Assembly (NCBI RefSeq): GCF_963853765.1
Contig: NC_088855.1
Span: 9,300,001-9,364,000 of the forward strand
Source: Magallana gigas
Lineage: Eukaryota
DNA length: 64,000 nucleotides
Reading direction: 5' to 3'
Every line of letters begins with the position of its first letter. The stretch's first letter is position 1. Below, one piece after another: positions 39,600 to 54,176 of the stretch. Below the pieces are notes generated by a model. It was given only the letters and a program-made list of their open reading frames with translations, made no database searches and had not been told where the DNA came from. The position numbers were made by a program, and so were the translations under genes.

Positions 39600-39671
39600 G
39601 CCCTTGCGAGATTCGAACTCAGGATGTACGGATCACAAGTCCGACACTTTATCCACTCGGCTATGGAGTAC
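39600..39671 (-). pseudogene. tRNA-derived sequence (Thr-TGT-like), tRNA pseudogene or SINE head
   Basis: Minus strand ACTCCATAGCCGAGTGGATAAAGTGTCGGA-CTTGTGA-TCCGTACATCCTGAGTTCGAATCTCGCAAGGGC has A-box, B-box and an anticodon arm, but the acceptor stem does not pair. Confidence 0.55.
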
Positions 39672-41645
39672 GTTACATGTTTATGTCTATAAAATCCTTT
39701 AAAAAAACAAAAGGTTGTTTCGATCAACAGTCAGCCGTTTTGTGATGATGTGTTATTCCACCTTAAATTATAAATATTTCCGTTGAAAGAGTAATTTTTT
39801 TTACCGGCGACAGAATGATTGTACATATCAAGACATTTTTATTGATAATTATTCATACATATAAAACATCACTACAATACTAATTGCAGTATTTAATTCA
39901 AAAATATTTACCGATACTGACAAAATTGTAGGATTCCAAAAAGATCGCCTGCATTGCGGTTATTTCCCTTTTCATAGCTCTAACGTTACATTAAAGAGGT
40001 TTGTTCCTCTGTTTTTGGATAGCTATTTTGTGTCACCTTTATTCTGGAAATTATGCATCATATATTGATTCTACTCATAAAGTCATGTTTTATAATGCCA
40101 ATTAAACTATATTTAAAAAAAATAGTAAAGGAAAAAAAACATATTTACAGAGGTGAGTATGGAACTATATTTTGTGGCGAAAGATTTTGGAAAGGAAATG
40201 GACATTTTTCATAACTCAGTTGTTTTAGAGTACCGTCACTTTAGCTTCCCTTTTTTCAGTGCAAACAAGGGTTCCAGATAGTTTGTGCATTGGGATATCT
40301 TTGTTTCGTTACGACAAACATATTTTTACAATTTTTTAATATTTCTATCGACACATATAAGTAAATTTTACTTATATTTTATTAAAGTCAAGGAAAAATG
40401 AATCCTAATTTTGGCCTAAAATTAGCTTATTTCATGCTATATCTCAAATTTTACATTGTAGATACATACTTTTGGTTTAATTTTCTGAAATTTTTTCTGA
40501 CAAGTTTATCATAATTTGAGAAAAAAGTTTGAAACTTTTAAATAAAGTCATTACATGTTGAATCGTTAATGGATTAAAAAATAGTTTTATCAGTGCAAAA
40601 AGGTCAAAATATTAATTAGGCGAAGAAATTGTTACAATTTTTTTATGATGATTTTAATTTTATTTATTTTAAATAGTATAAATTTGGGTTTATTTCTATA
40701 ATTACATACATGTAGGTATTTCTTGACTAGTGTTATCATATAAGAACTGAAACGAACGTGACCTACACGATATTTACAGTTGTCAGTTTCTTCTAAAAAA
40801 AAAATTACAAAGCAAGTAAGATACATGTATATGCGTAGGATTTATTTTATCGGGGTAAAGCATAGAATTTGCACAAATTTAGCAGCCTTTGTTGATAACT
40901 ACAGTCGTATATATTGTTATTTGATATATTGCTATTGTAGCGTGTTATCAACTGGGTTCATGGAATAGGGTATCATAATATTAAATATTTTCCTTAAGTC
41001 TACCTGGGTATCAATGATTTGTTTTTAAAATAATAATAACTATAGGGTGAGGTGTGTGAACGGAATTTATAAAACTCTATTACTAAAGTTTAACACATTT
41101 GTGGGGAGTTATCGCTAGTAAAGGGAGGAATTGTACAACCACGCAAATGTACCTATCCCCAACGGATACACCCAGAGCGTGAATGGGGATAGAATTAAAC
41201 GAAATATTTTAGTTTAAAGTGGTTTTTAACGATATAAATAAATATTTGGTCTCTATAATTACATGTTTATTCCTGAATAATTTATTTCCCTGCACAATAT
41301 TTTCATTTTGCGAGGGATGCTCCGCTTTACAGTGTCCTTATGTTCTTCAACAGGATGCATACAGAGGACAAGGCACATATAGTTAATATATGTATATATT
41401 AACTATTGCGTATTTAAAAAGGCGTTCAAACTTTTCTCTATCATAAATGCATTGCCATAATTTAGGATTTGGATAAATTAATATGCATAAAAACAGTTCT
41501 AACCAGCCATAAAAGATGCTTTTAGAACTGTATATATGCAATCAGCACCTACAACATGTATATACACAATGCATGTCCATTGCTTATGGGTCTCTATGAT
41601 ATCTTTTCTCTAATTAACAAACGCTGCACAGAGCGGCTGACTTTG

Positions 41646-44600
41646 TTATATATAGAAGTTATATTTCATAAAGTTCAGGTTCTTTTGACAAAATCTCCAT
41701 AATTGATTGCTTGTAGCGTTCAGTTCGGTTGCTGTCATTCTTTCCCCGTGCTCCGTTCTAATTGCTTCATACATCATGATCTGCACAGAGGAAAATGTGT
41801 AGCATATTAAAAATAGCACTTGTAAAATCATCTAATCTATAGAAGCATTACTGTCAAAGTGATGATAGCACTCTTAATGTTAACAACGCTTTAGAAATGC
41901 ATTTCCAATGATCGACCAATATTTGAATGTCAGTGGTAGAGTTATAGGCAAGAGCGTGTTTCCTGTGTTTGTTTACATTCAATTTGGTTTAATGTACCAG
42001 TAAAATTTCATTTTTAAGCGCATTTCTCTCTTTCTCCCTTAAGCTTAGATTTAATAATTCCTAGCTTTAAATACCTTCAATTTAGGTCTTCAACTGGAAT
42101 TTTCACTCAAATGTTCAACATTCAAAGCGTAAACAAAATAGACGTTGGGTTTGCTTACATTACACAGAATTATCTGCTGTGTGCTTCGCTTATATCACGA
42201 AATAGAAAACTCAAAGTTTTGCTGACTATTAGAAATACCCCCTCAACGGCAATTAATTAGAATTTTTTTTAAGTCCAAGGGGCATAACTCTGTCGGAAGG
42301 TGCTCCATCGTATCCAAAATCAAACTTGATATTATCATGATAAATCTTTATTCTAAATTTTATTTCAATAAGTGTGTTAACCTCTGCAAAAAAAAAAGAA
42401 AAGAATGGAAACTGCAAATAATTGGAATTTGTGTAAGTCCAAGGGGTATAACTCTGTCGAAAATTGCTCGATCGTAACCAAAATCAAAATGAAAGGTAAT
42501 AATTATGATAAATCTGTATACTAAATGTTATTTCAATACGGTATGTGCAACCTCTGCGAAGAAAATAAACGGAAACTGTTAGTGGACAGACGGACAGCAG
42601 CAGAGCAATATGCCCTCCCTTCTTCTAAGGGGCCGTAAAGATGGAAAATAATTCTTGACCAAAATCTTGACGATCCCCCATTAAAACAAACGACCTAAAT
42701 GTCAAAACATTATTCTGCAACAAATTATTATACAAAAACAATTTTTCAATTAAGAAATAATTACACTTCGTTACTTAACGCAACTGAACAAGTCGTAGCA
42801 ATTTTTGCATTCATTTGATAAATATTGTCAAAGCAAATTAGGCAAAAAACACAACAAAATAAGCAAACGAGAAAAACAACTCTTTAAAGGGGATTTCATA
42901 TTGATAAGGATATTACCTCTACTCTGAATTGACCAGAGATAGTGTGGATATCGTGTCTCTGCTGGTCTGTCAGCTTGAAGACATGGCACGTGTCATTAGG
43001 CTTTCTTTGGTAATTGCTTCTGGTGGCCGCTATGCCCTTATGAATAATGATAGCAAAAAGTTTATACACCAGAATAAACATGGACACTTTCGCATACTCA
43101 TGCTAAAATTGTTTGCACATAACTGCATTTTCCAGTGTTTTTTTTAATCATTAGTCCAATGTGAGAATTTTGACAGTCTAATATTCTCTTACATGTAACC
43201 ATGATATCATTTTTAACTTGTAATCAAATAAAGAACCTTCACAAGAAATTTTCCAAGGTTTTTATTATTGTCAAATAGGTCTATAGGCAACGTATGTTTC
43301 ATTAAGATATTGTAAAAAGTAATTCAACATTTATACAAATATCTTGGTAAATATATGCATAAGCTTCCCTTCTTATTAAAATATGAGTTATTAAACATTT
43401 ACCGTAGATATTTTCTCAAAATTTAAAACATTTTCTACTTTTTTATCAAGAGAAGATAACTCATAAGAAAAGTTTAAAGTGCAAAATGACCTGCTTCTTA
43501 CATGCTGTCAATCAGGTTAGTTTGGTTTATTTCACTTTCATTGTCATTAAGCAGTAAATATCAAACCAATTAAAGTTTCAAAATTTCATATACATGTACC
43601 TTTAATGTACATTTAAATCTGTAAATGCATGCACACTTTATATATAAAGATTTATAAAATAATATTTAGTCTGTTAATGTTACACAGTTACTTGATTTAA
43701 ATTCCATGTTTATCCCGCACCTGTAAAATTTTCATTTCACTGTGTAAAATCCACACCGATTTCTCAAAATTACACAGATTTAAGAGAGTCGGATGGTCGT
43801 AGACATTTTTAGACTTTATTGATCTCCTTAGGAATGAAATCTTTGTTACATTAAACATGAAAACATCTCCCAATTTAAAGTAAATTTTCGTAAGATTTCT
43901 TTTTAATAAGTACTAGTCTATGGTTAAAATATCATTTCTAGAAATGTTAATGTATACATGTATCTAATACTTTAGGAGACTGGGTGGTCATCAAAATTAA
44001 CTATCAGTTCTACCTTAATTTATTTTAAGTTATTTCTTTAGCTATATAAACTTTATCTTTATATATATTTTATATATCTTTACTTAATGATATAGGTTAT
44101 GGTTTGAACATATTTTATTGCATAAACATACACAACTTGTGTTCGAACCAGTTGTATATGTTTATGCAATTAAATATGTTCAAACCGTAAACTACATTGT
44201 ATATCATTCAGAAAAGAAACATTCTATCTTGAATTCCCCGGGTGGCAGGAAATACAAAATTTACAACATTACAAACTTTTGTGTTTATTGCCACCCGGTA
44301 GATTCAATATTTACAGCATTAGTTTTCCAAGTATTTGAAATGAAAATGAAATGTTTTTTCTATATCTTTTTTTTCTGTATGGTCTAAAATAAATGACCGT
44401 TCAGTTTTCTAAAAAAAAAAACATATTTCAAAATTACTCTGTTATACAGGAGTTTGCATACTCAAATGTTCTCTGATAATTTACCACTAGTATGTCTTGT
44501 ATCAAAATTTAATTTTAGATAAAAAATGCCAGATCCAAAACATGTCAATAAATCAGTTTTAGTTTTATGGGAATTGCCTTTTAATCATTGTAATCCTTTT

Positions 44601-44852
44601 CCCGCGAATCTTTTCTGTGTATTACCTTGTGTTGATCATATTGGAAGATCAAAGCCGCCGCGAAACTAGGGTCACCATGAATGTTGACAAACGTAGCGGA
44701 TATGAAACAAACTGAAATATAAGTATTCACGAAGGCAGTATTGTCAATAGAGTAATGGAAAATTTATTGTGGCATACTCCTTAAGATTAAATTTGAATTT
44801 ACTCACCCCAAATCGTTAAAACTGAAATTAACAACCAATGGTGCATATCCAT
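41646..44852 (-). CDS. Small secreted protein, paralog B (128 aa, 4 exons), BRICHOS-like by inference
   Basis: Exons 44852-44807 (G|GTGAGT), 44711-44626 (AAG|GTAATA), 43036-42917 (AAG acceptor; GAG|GTAATA), 41780-41646 (TAA). Protein MDMHHWLLISVLTIWVCFISA-TFVNIHGDPSFAAALIFQYDQHKGIAATRSNYQRKPNDTCHVFKLTDQQRHDIHTISGQFRVEIMMYEAIRTEHGERMTATELNATSNQLWRFCQKNLNFMKYNFYI. Confidence 0.85.
42270..42640. mobile_element. HINE-like element with two ~160-bp units inside intron 3 of paralog B
   Basis: AAGTCCAAGGGG(C/T)ATAACTCTGTCG occurs twice, followed by the GGACAGACGGACAG microsatellite and a hairpin-like end ATATGCCCTCCCTTCTTCTAAGGGGCCGTAAA. Confidence 0.7.
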
Positions 44853-45959
44853 ACTGACAACTTGGGTTGATGAACTCTTTAGACTGTCAGGAGAATATTC
44901 TCCCTCGGTGATAAGATAAGACCATTCTCGCTAGATTTACACAATAATTTGATGCCAAAAATGGCTGGAGATATAATTATGCATAAATATTTATTGGAAA
45001 TATCCAACAATAGGGAGTCTTCATAGCATAAAAATTTATTTCGTCTTCAATTGTTTGAACGTATTTTATTACTAGATGTTGATAACAAAATGATTAGGCA
45101 AACTATCTGAAATCTTAGATCGCATGAACTCTCCCATAAAATCATCTATTACGCAAAATTATGCTCAATATTTAAACACAGTAGTCTCAAAGGTCGATAT
45201 AGTTTACATGTATTATTTATTGTCAGGTTGTCTTTAATGAAAACAGTATTCAGATATATACTTTATTGTTTTCTTGGACTGTGTATGTTAAAATCGGGGG
45301 TAACAAAACAGGATTTTACAAGTTTAGAAAGTCTATTGTATTTCAGAACTAAAAACTTAGACAAAACGAAATTTTATGGTGTTCCTTATCGACCATTATG
45401 AGACCACCATATAAATACATGGATCCAGTTTTCTTCGGTCTATTGTTTGTAACCCCATAAAGAATAAAGAAAGATTTTTTTTACTCTGTATGTTTTGTGT
45501 TTGTTTGGTTGTTTGTTTGTTTGTTTGGTGTGGGTTTTTCTGGGGGGGGGGGTTGCAATGTAGAATTATAATATTTTACATATTTTTCTTAAAATGTTTT
45601 CACTCTGCATGTAAAATGTACTGTTGTCTTTGAATACACTAAAATGAATACATAGGAAAGAAGAAGTAGAGCAAAAAATTGTTCCTCTAAACAGATACTT
45701 TATATCCTCAACATGTATAAAATAAATAGATCGAATTCTCAACAAAAACCAATTCAACACTTCACTGAAACGTAACCAAATATGAAGTTTTGTTGTCATT
45801 TTGGTGATAAAATAAGAAAATACAAATGAATTGATAAGATAAGATACCGCCTTATACTTTTAAATTAGATTGCTGTAAAGGTACATTTAAGTAAAAATAA
45901 TTGATTTTTTTTAAATTAGAATACTAGTATCCAATAGGATTGGTATTTACAAGGCAACC

Positions 45960-46680
45960 TGGACCTTATCCCGCAAGAGACCGACACATGATCCAGACAG
46001 CACAGATCTAGAGACACATGCTACACATTCGAACATGAAGATGAATTCGATAACAACGGCTCGGAAGCATCTCCAGCTCAATGCAAAGGAAAGACTTAAA
46101 ATCTTTAGAATTATCCACCTCAATCTCTCTCATAAAAGTATTGTAAACCTAAACGTGTATCTTCTCAGTATCAAGTCTTGGACCCACCGCCTTCTTCAAT
46201 GTGGGGCTCTTTCTCGCTTTTGTTCTGCTTCTTCTAACAACGCCGCCGGGATAGCGACATGTTGAACCCGAGCTTGTACGAGCTGTTGCTGCAACATGGC
46301 TAATCTCAGATATTCCAGTGCCAAAGCCATTAAAATTTATTGACCATGCAAGGTAGGGCAATTATTTTAAAATTCTTCGGCCGACCATTATCCGGGCATC
46401 CTACAATGTGTGTAAGATGGCTGGAAACCAGTCTAGCATTGTAGGATGATCGGTAAACACTGTCCGATGTTTGTCCGATGTTACGCCGGCCAAAAAAATC
46501 CCTCTAGAATCGCTCGACGTAATATCATCGGCGGGAGTATGAACGGTCTCTGTACGATTCCTGTTGCTGTGACAGGTGTGTTAACGACTATCTTGCCGAT
46601 GAGGACCGATGTTGGGACATCGCTCACATCACCGATTACCACCGGTCTACGGCGACCGGCCGAGTAATGTGACTAAGGCA
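45960..46680 (-). mobile_element. Truncated PIF/Harbinger-like transposon end with a decayed transposase N-terminus
   Basis: The minus strand begins TTA|TGCCTTAGTCACATT (TWA-type flank). From ATG 46297: MLQQ...*RRRWVQDLILRR.. then, after a frameshift, YNTFMREIEVDNSKDFKSFL, which resembles the Harbinger transposase N-terminus. The other end was not found. Confidence 0.6.
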
Positions 46681-47086
46681 TAAGGGGTGAACAGCATTCT
46701 GGGAAAGTCCATTCCAATCTCCTCAGATATATTGCTTTGTTAACAACCAGTGCCCAATATTTCACCGTTACACTATAATGCAATTTCTTGTTTTCTTGTT
46801 ATTTCAACAGGATGCATATAGATGACAGGGCACATGTATATAAACTATTATTGTGTATTTTAAAAAGCGTTAAAACTTTTTTCTATCATAAATGCATTGC
46901 CATAATTTAGAATTTGGATAAAATAATATGCATATCAACAGTTATAACCAGCCCAAAAAGATGCTTTCTAAAACTGTATAAATGCAATTAAGCACCTATA
47001 TATATATATATATTTCATGTCTATTGCTTATAGGTATCTATGACATCTGTTTAATTAATAAACGGTGCCCAGGGCGACTGATTCTG

Positions 47087-50000
47087 TTACACATAGAAAT
47101 TGTATTTCAAAAAGTTCAGGTTCTTTTGACAAAATCTCCACATTTGATTGCTTGTAGCATTCAGTTCAGTTGCGGTCATCCTTTCCCCATGCTCCGTTCT
47201 GATTGCTTCATACATCATGATCTGTAAAGATAAAAATGTTTTTGTATAAATAAAATTTGACAAAGCAAATCAGAAAAAAACAAACTAATCAAAGAAGAAA
47301 TCATATCGATAATGATTTTACCTCCACTTTGAATTGACCAGAGATAGTGTGGATATCGTGTCTCTGCTGGTCTGTCAGCTTGAAGACATGACACGTGTCA
47401 TTAGGCTTTGTTTGGTAATTGTTTCTGGTGGCCACTATGCCCTGATGAATAATGATAACAAAAAGTTTAAGCACCAGAATAAACATGGACACTTTCGAAT
47501 ACTTATACTAGAATTGTTTGCACATTAACTGCATTTTCAAGGGTTTTTTTTAAATTCATGATGCCACTGTAAGGTTGATTTTATTCGTAATTTGTCGAAC
47601 TCCTCATTGTTATTCTCTTTAACATGATATCATTTTTAACTTATTCTGAAATAAAGAAACTATACACAAGAAATTTCTAAAAGTTTTTATTATTGTCCAA
47701 ATTATAATTAATTGCTGCTTTTATTTACACTGAAGTCTATAGGCAAGGCATGTTTTATTAAGATATTGTAAAAAGTAACTCAATATTTATGCGAATATTT
47801 TGGTAAATATATGCATAAACGTTCTTTGTATTAAAATATGAATTGTAATTTAACAGCGGATATTTTGTAAAAATTTAAAATTTTCTACTTTTCATAAAGG
47901 GAAGATAACTCCTAACAAAATTTTAAAGTGCAAAATAATGGTCTCTTATATGTTGTCGAACAGGCGATTTTGTCACTTTCATTGTCATTTTGCAGTAAAT
48001 ATCTAGCTTATTTAAAGTCTCAAAATTCAAAACACCTTAAATATACATTTAAATCTGTAAACTTACACTTCGATTTATAAGATAATATTTACAGATTTGG
48101 GCGTAAAACTCATGCACTTATTTGTAACTTTCATGTTTTAAATCTGTGAATGTTATACACTTATTTGTTTTAAATTCCACGTATATCCCGCGCCTGTAAA
48201 ACTTTCATTCCACTATATAAAATCTTCACCGATTTCTCTAAATTATACAGATTTAAGAGAGTCGGATGGTCGTAGACATTTTTAGACTTTATTGATTTCC
48301 TTAAAACTGAGAGCTTTGTTTAATTATACAGGGAAACATCTCCCAATTTAAAGTTGAAGTTCGTAAGATTTCTTTATAATAAGTACTAGTCTATGGCTAA
48401 AATATCATTTCTAAAAAATGTTAATGTATACAAATGTACATGTATCTAATACTTTAGGAGACTGGGTGGTCATCAAAATTAACTATCAGTTCTACCTTAA
48501 GGATGACGTTTACTCAGAATGAAAAAAAAATCCACTGATGATAATGAAAAACCAACTATTGTGTGTTATAGACCTTACATGGTAGTGTTATTCTTCACTT
48601 TCAAAAAAGTAGGTCAATGACCTACTTTTTGAGTTAATGACCATTGAATATTTTTGGGAAATTCGAGAAAAATCCATAAAAATTTTACACTATGATTCAG
48701 ATTTTTTTAATTGTGAAAATAATACAAATTGCTCAACTCTTTAACAAATGAAATACAGTTTATGAATGGTAGTGACATTAAATAGATACAAATCATGAAG
48801 TTATCATTCACAATTTCTATAGATATTCTAGTCCGAATTTCCTCTGTCAGTTTTCAAATTACTACCCATTTTTGATTCAATATAACAAAAAACTGAATGA
48901 TGATAATGCTAAAACATTTATAGTATTAAACTAAGTATATTGACCTTTCTCTGCTGGTATAAAATTTATATGAGGTCAATGATAAAAATTTTGAGATATG
49001 GTGTCTTTTATCATTTTTAAGCATTTTTCAATATTTTTGTAGTGTGTGCCATACGATTATCTAAACGAAAAAGCAAGATAAAACCAACAGAAAATATGCA
49101 AAATTTTGTTGACTAACAAATAAAATCTTAACTTTAAATATCATAGTACTACCAAAAATATTTCAGTGGAAAACAGAATCTGAAAAATTTAGTCCGAATT
49201 TCCTGTTTTGCTAAAAGTCAAACTTTGTCGGAACCTAATTCCATAATCTAGTAAAAATATCGATTGTTATATTAATAATAATTCATTTCATAAATACTTT
49301 TTGTATTTAAAACAAATTTTACTCATGAAATTGAACTTTTCAACAATCCGGATTTGAGAACTCAAACCCTGAGTAAACAATGTCCTTAATATCGTTTTAG
49401 TGAATTCTTTAGCTACATATATAAACTATGTCATTCAGTAAAGAAATACTATATCATGAATTCCCCGGGTGACAGTAAATACAAAATTTACAACATTACA
49501 AACTTTTGTGTTCACTGCCACCCGGTAAATTCAAAATTTACAGTATAACTTTCATGTATTTTGAATTAAAAGTTTTAATGTTTTTCTATATCTTTATTTT
49601 CTGTCTGGTCTAAAATAAATGCACGACCATTCAGTTTTCTTAAAAACACATCTCAAAATTACTCTGCTATACGGGAGTTTGCATACTCAAATATTATCCG
49701 ATAATATATCACGAGTATGTCTTGTTTCAAAATTCGAAATTGGAGTCGGTATTATATTAAGATACTGTACATTACATTGTATTTCGTACATATTTTTGTT
49801 GAAAAGCAATATCATTTATAAATGTTGATTATAACCAGGTATGATAAAAGTGTACATTAAATGTAATTAATTGTGATTAAAGGGGAGAGGGGTTAAAATG
49901 CTATAAATAAAAGATAATACATGTACTCGTATATATACATGTGTATTTATTATTTTTGCAAACATTTAACCTTGCGCAATGTAAACATTATGATAGCAAT

Positions 50001-53000
50001 GTCACCACAGGAAAAAAGGGAGATATTGACCACATTAAAATGGTATAGGAAATGTAAGTTAACTATTTGCATAGGTGACACTCAATGGCTCGAACTTCAA
50101 TCTCTAGAAGTTCTTGATTTCTCGAAGTGAAATCAGGGTCCCTTTTTTCTCTATATAACTAAGCCGGCAAATTTACTCTTCATCTCTCGAATTCCGATCT
50201 CTCGAAGTTCTTGATCTCTCGAAGTCAAACCTGAGTCCCGTTATACATATTCCATTGTTCTTCACTCTTGATAACTCGAAATGGTTGCTGTGTACACACG
50301 CGTCTAATTATAGCTCCACGTGGACCTTACTTGGATGGTCGAGTGAACGCCTGGGGGCTAGCGTGGGATTGTTAATTGGTTGATTACGTAAATGACACTA
50401 TCCTTTGCTTCCTTCAAAGGCTAGATAGGTAATTTGTAACTGATCTATTAATTTTAACAACTTGTAAAAGTTACAGTACGCATATATGTATGGTAAATTA
50501 AACTTCTCTTTTATTTTTAAATAATACACTGTGATTAGGAAAAAGTTAAAACTTAACAATTTTTGAAATGAAAAGGAAAACACTTAATAAATAAACGAAC
50601 AACTAAGTTCTGTACTGTTTAAATTGAAGTAATGTAGCAGAAAAAACGAATGAAACCATGATAGACTATCCATCCATGTTATGAAAATAGACTTCCGGCT
50701 ACTGTAATTTTAGAACCAAAATGACTCGAACAAAGATTTCCGGACTTATTTAACTTCCGATCTCTCGAGCTCTTGATCTTTCGAAGTTTAATCATGGTCC
50801 CCTTAAGTTTGAGTTTTCGACATTCACCTTTACACACCTCACAGCCTACTCAATATTCAGGGTCATGAACCCTGGGGAGCATTCATTATTGTCCCCAAGA
50901 GAGACAACTCTTGAAAACGTACATTAACTATAGTCCGTTTCTTAATCTTATTAAAATAAATAAATTGAGAAAAGTTTTCAAAGTATTTTAATTATAAATA
51001 ATACATATAACCATGAGTAAAAGGCATGAAAGAAGTAGATTTATTTATCAAATATAGTAGGCTGGTACATGTACCCGGTGAATATTAAATGTATATTGCT
51101 TGTGGGTACATGTATAAATCTACACAACTACATTCAATTAATAAATACACTGTGTTATGTAAACTGAAAAAAAAATACACAGGTTGTAAGGGATCTTTTT
51201 TAAAATGAATTTTCTTAAAATGAAAAATAAATTAATGAAATTGCACATATCATTCTAAAAGAAAATCATTATACTAATAGACACGAAGTTCAACATAAAT
51301 AAAGTGAGATGGATAGGATATAATGTACAGCAATTTAAGATTTAGATGTCATTTTTCATATGAAAGGTAATTAAAACTCCATACCATTTAAACAATGAAA
51401 AGGTTGCAGAAGGCCTATTTGTATCTAGTTGAATATAATGAAAATAAATCAATGACCTTGTATACATCATTTTAAGAAAAAAAAGAAATAAACATGCTGT
51501 TCAAGAAACTAAAGTGATATATTTTAGGAATCAATAGGATATACTGTACAGCAATTTTAATTATATTTTGGATTTGTTTCCAAACATTGGAATAAAGGGA
51601 AAAAAAACTTTTATAACTTATTTAGATTAAAAAATATTCTTAAAAAATATTAATATTTGTATTTCATGGCTAAATCTGAATATTTTTCTGTCAATTTCTT
51701 CTGTTCAAGAATAAGACCTATCCTTTTATCAGACACTTTTATATATATTATGTCTATTTTCCATTGTAACTAAGTATTTTTTGTTCTGTTTGTATACAAA
51801 ACAGTATATTCAAGGGACTTAGACACGATTTGAGCTTAAAATTCAAAATTTTATATTTCCATTTTCAATATTTAGAATGGTTGATATGGGTATTTTTAAT
51901 GCTTTGTCAAAATTTGAAAGTCAAATACTGAGTTAAAAGAAAGATAATTTTTTTTATATTTTTTGTTTTGTAAACAAAGCGCAAGTCTTGTTATAATTTA
52001 CATATGTGTTTTATTGGTGTAAGTTTAATTCAAATGTTGCTTTTTTCTATTAATAATATCATTTATGATCACATCAAATCAGTTTACCTTCTTTTCTATG
52101 AATCATTTTCTCAAAGAATTGGTAATTTCATACTTTATATTATTTGTAAGCAAACATAAGACTCGAGCTTTGTTTACATAACAATAAATTCTTACCCCTG
52201 TATCTCTCTTATACCTTGACTTCTAACATTCAATTTATGGTCAATTATTCAAAATGTGCAAGTAAATCATTTTATGCATAAAGAAATTGAAAACAAAATT
52301 TTGATCGTGTCCAAGTCCCTTTAAAAAAAACTTGTATAAAATAGTAAGGCTAAATTCCAATTTAAAAAAAAATAGCTGTTTCCAAAAATGTTACATGTAT
52401 ATGAATATGTTATATAAAAACATATGTTAGATGGATGGGTAGGAAAAATACAAATTACCGGTAAGTGCACTCGATAAAAAGTTTGCTGGTTTCATTATGT
52501 GAACACAATTCATCCAGTAACATTTAAAGTTATGCAACATAAATAAGAATGTTATGAATGATGTGTATACAACAAATTCTTCTGTGGTTGGCTCCATAGA
52601 TCTTGAAAAGATGGTGTGAGTTGGTAAAAAGGCAGAATAAGGTTCCATTCTAATCCTCATGCATTCCATTCAAGAAATATTCATTAATGTCATGGTCTGG
52701 AAACTAAAATAGAATAAACATAAAGTGTTAAGAGAATTACATGTAATTTTTGCAAACATTGTGCACTCATCAAATACTTACATGTACATATTCAATGAAG
52801 TTATTTATGTGCTATTACTAACAATGTAATCTTTTCTAATATTGTACATACATGTATTACATCAGTTTGCCATTAATTTTAAACCCAGCTGACAGTTTCT
52901 TTTTGTTATATATACAGCGTCAAAAGATAGTTGCTTCATGTGCATATACTTTCAGTAATTTTAAAAGCCATAAAAACATTTCAGTACTTCAAAACACTTT

Positions 53001-53984
53001 AAATTTGTCAAATGATTTTACAAATGAAATATGTACTAATATACCAGTAAGTCACAAGTGATATATACTTTTTAAAGCAGTACAATGTATCACTTATATG
53101 ACAACATCAGGAAACCTGGCTCAATCAATTCTGCACACACATGATAAATGTAATGAATGTGTAACTTCAATGGTGTAACTTCAAAGATATTTAGATATCC
53201 AGTGGACCGATAGATATTAAATATATTGAACAAAGATCAAAGTCATAAACACTTATGTAACACTTATGTAACATATGATTGTCTGTATGAGTTTCAACTA
53301 TCAACATTCTATGTACACCAAAATATGATTTTGTCAATAACAAAAACTAATCTGAAAAACATATTTCCAGCATAAGAAATTCATGGGATTTCTGCAAATC
53401 CCATTTTCTCAGAGAGTGTAAAACACATCTCTTAAAGTTTATAATATTTTCAAACTCCTGGTATTCCTTTCAGAGGTTCCCACCCCTTAAAATACAGATA
53501 ATCAAGCAGATTTGCAACAAGATGCCCATATAAACCTTTCCCTTTTACACAAGACATTGTAGCTATTTAGATGACCTTGTTTGGCTTTCAATCAACTTAA
53601 ACCAAATATATCTACAGTACATATGGAAGACAAGTTGTAAGTTTATTACATGACAAAGAAGTACCTTCTGGGCTTCAGCAGACATGACTGGGTCATTAGC
53701 AATATCAAATTGACAATATTTTCTATAATCCCGATCTTCAGATCATCTGGAAACCGCAGGTAAATCTGTAGATTAGAAGAAAAAAGATACACTAGCTATC
53801 ATTACAAAGCTAAATGCTGTCATTATCAAAACAAAAGGGTGTGTCCTAGATTACATTTTTTTATGGGCACATGCAGTTTCTGAGACATAGTCAAAACATT
53901 ACCATGATAACAGCTATAACAACTCATTAAGTGGGAAATGACATATAACTATAAAATTTGTTATGGCTTTTCATACTCTCTCTC

Positions 53985-54028
<44 letters not shown>

Positions 54029-54145
54029 ATCTCTCTCAACATCTTTGTCAGCAATATTTCTAGTGCAATGTGGCATTATTGAAATATATATATGGTTCAT
54101 GGAAGCAAGGCAATCAATAACAATTACATGTACACTTTAATTACA

Positions 54146-54176
<31 letters not shown>

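Noticed and set aside
42896-43087. ORF-track 'signal peptide' MSMFILVYKLFAIIIHK (and its twin at 47301-47492)
   Set aside because: It is the pyrimidine tract of intron 2. Paralog A has TAG at the aligned acceptor, and proper upstream exons 1-2 exist for all three genes.
42929-43147. Plus-strand ORFs 42929-43147, 47334-47528, 46982-47227 and 23921-24166
   Set aside because: Antisense shadows of the paralog exons; their similarity comes from the duplication.
43690-43880. Open minus-strand frame ending CAG|GTGCGG in intron 2 of paralog B
   Set aside because: The duplicate in paralog C has frameshifting indels and lacks the GT.
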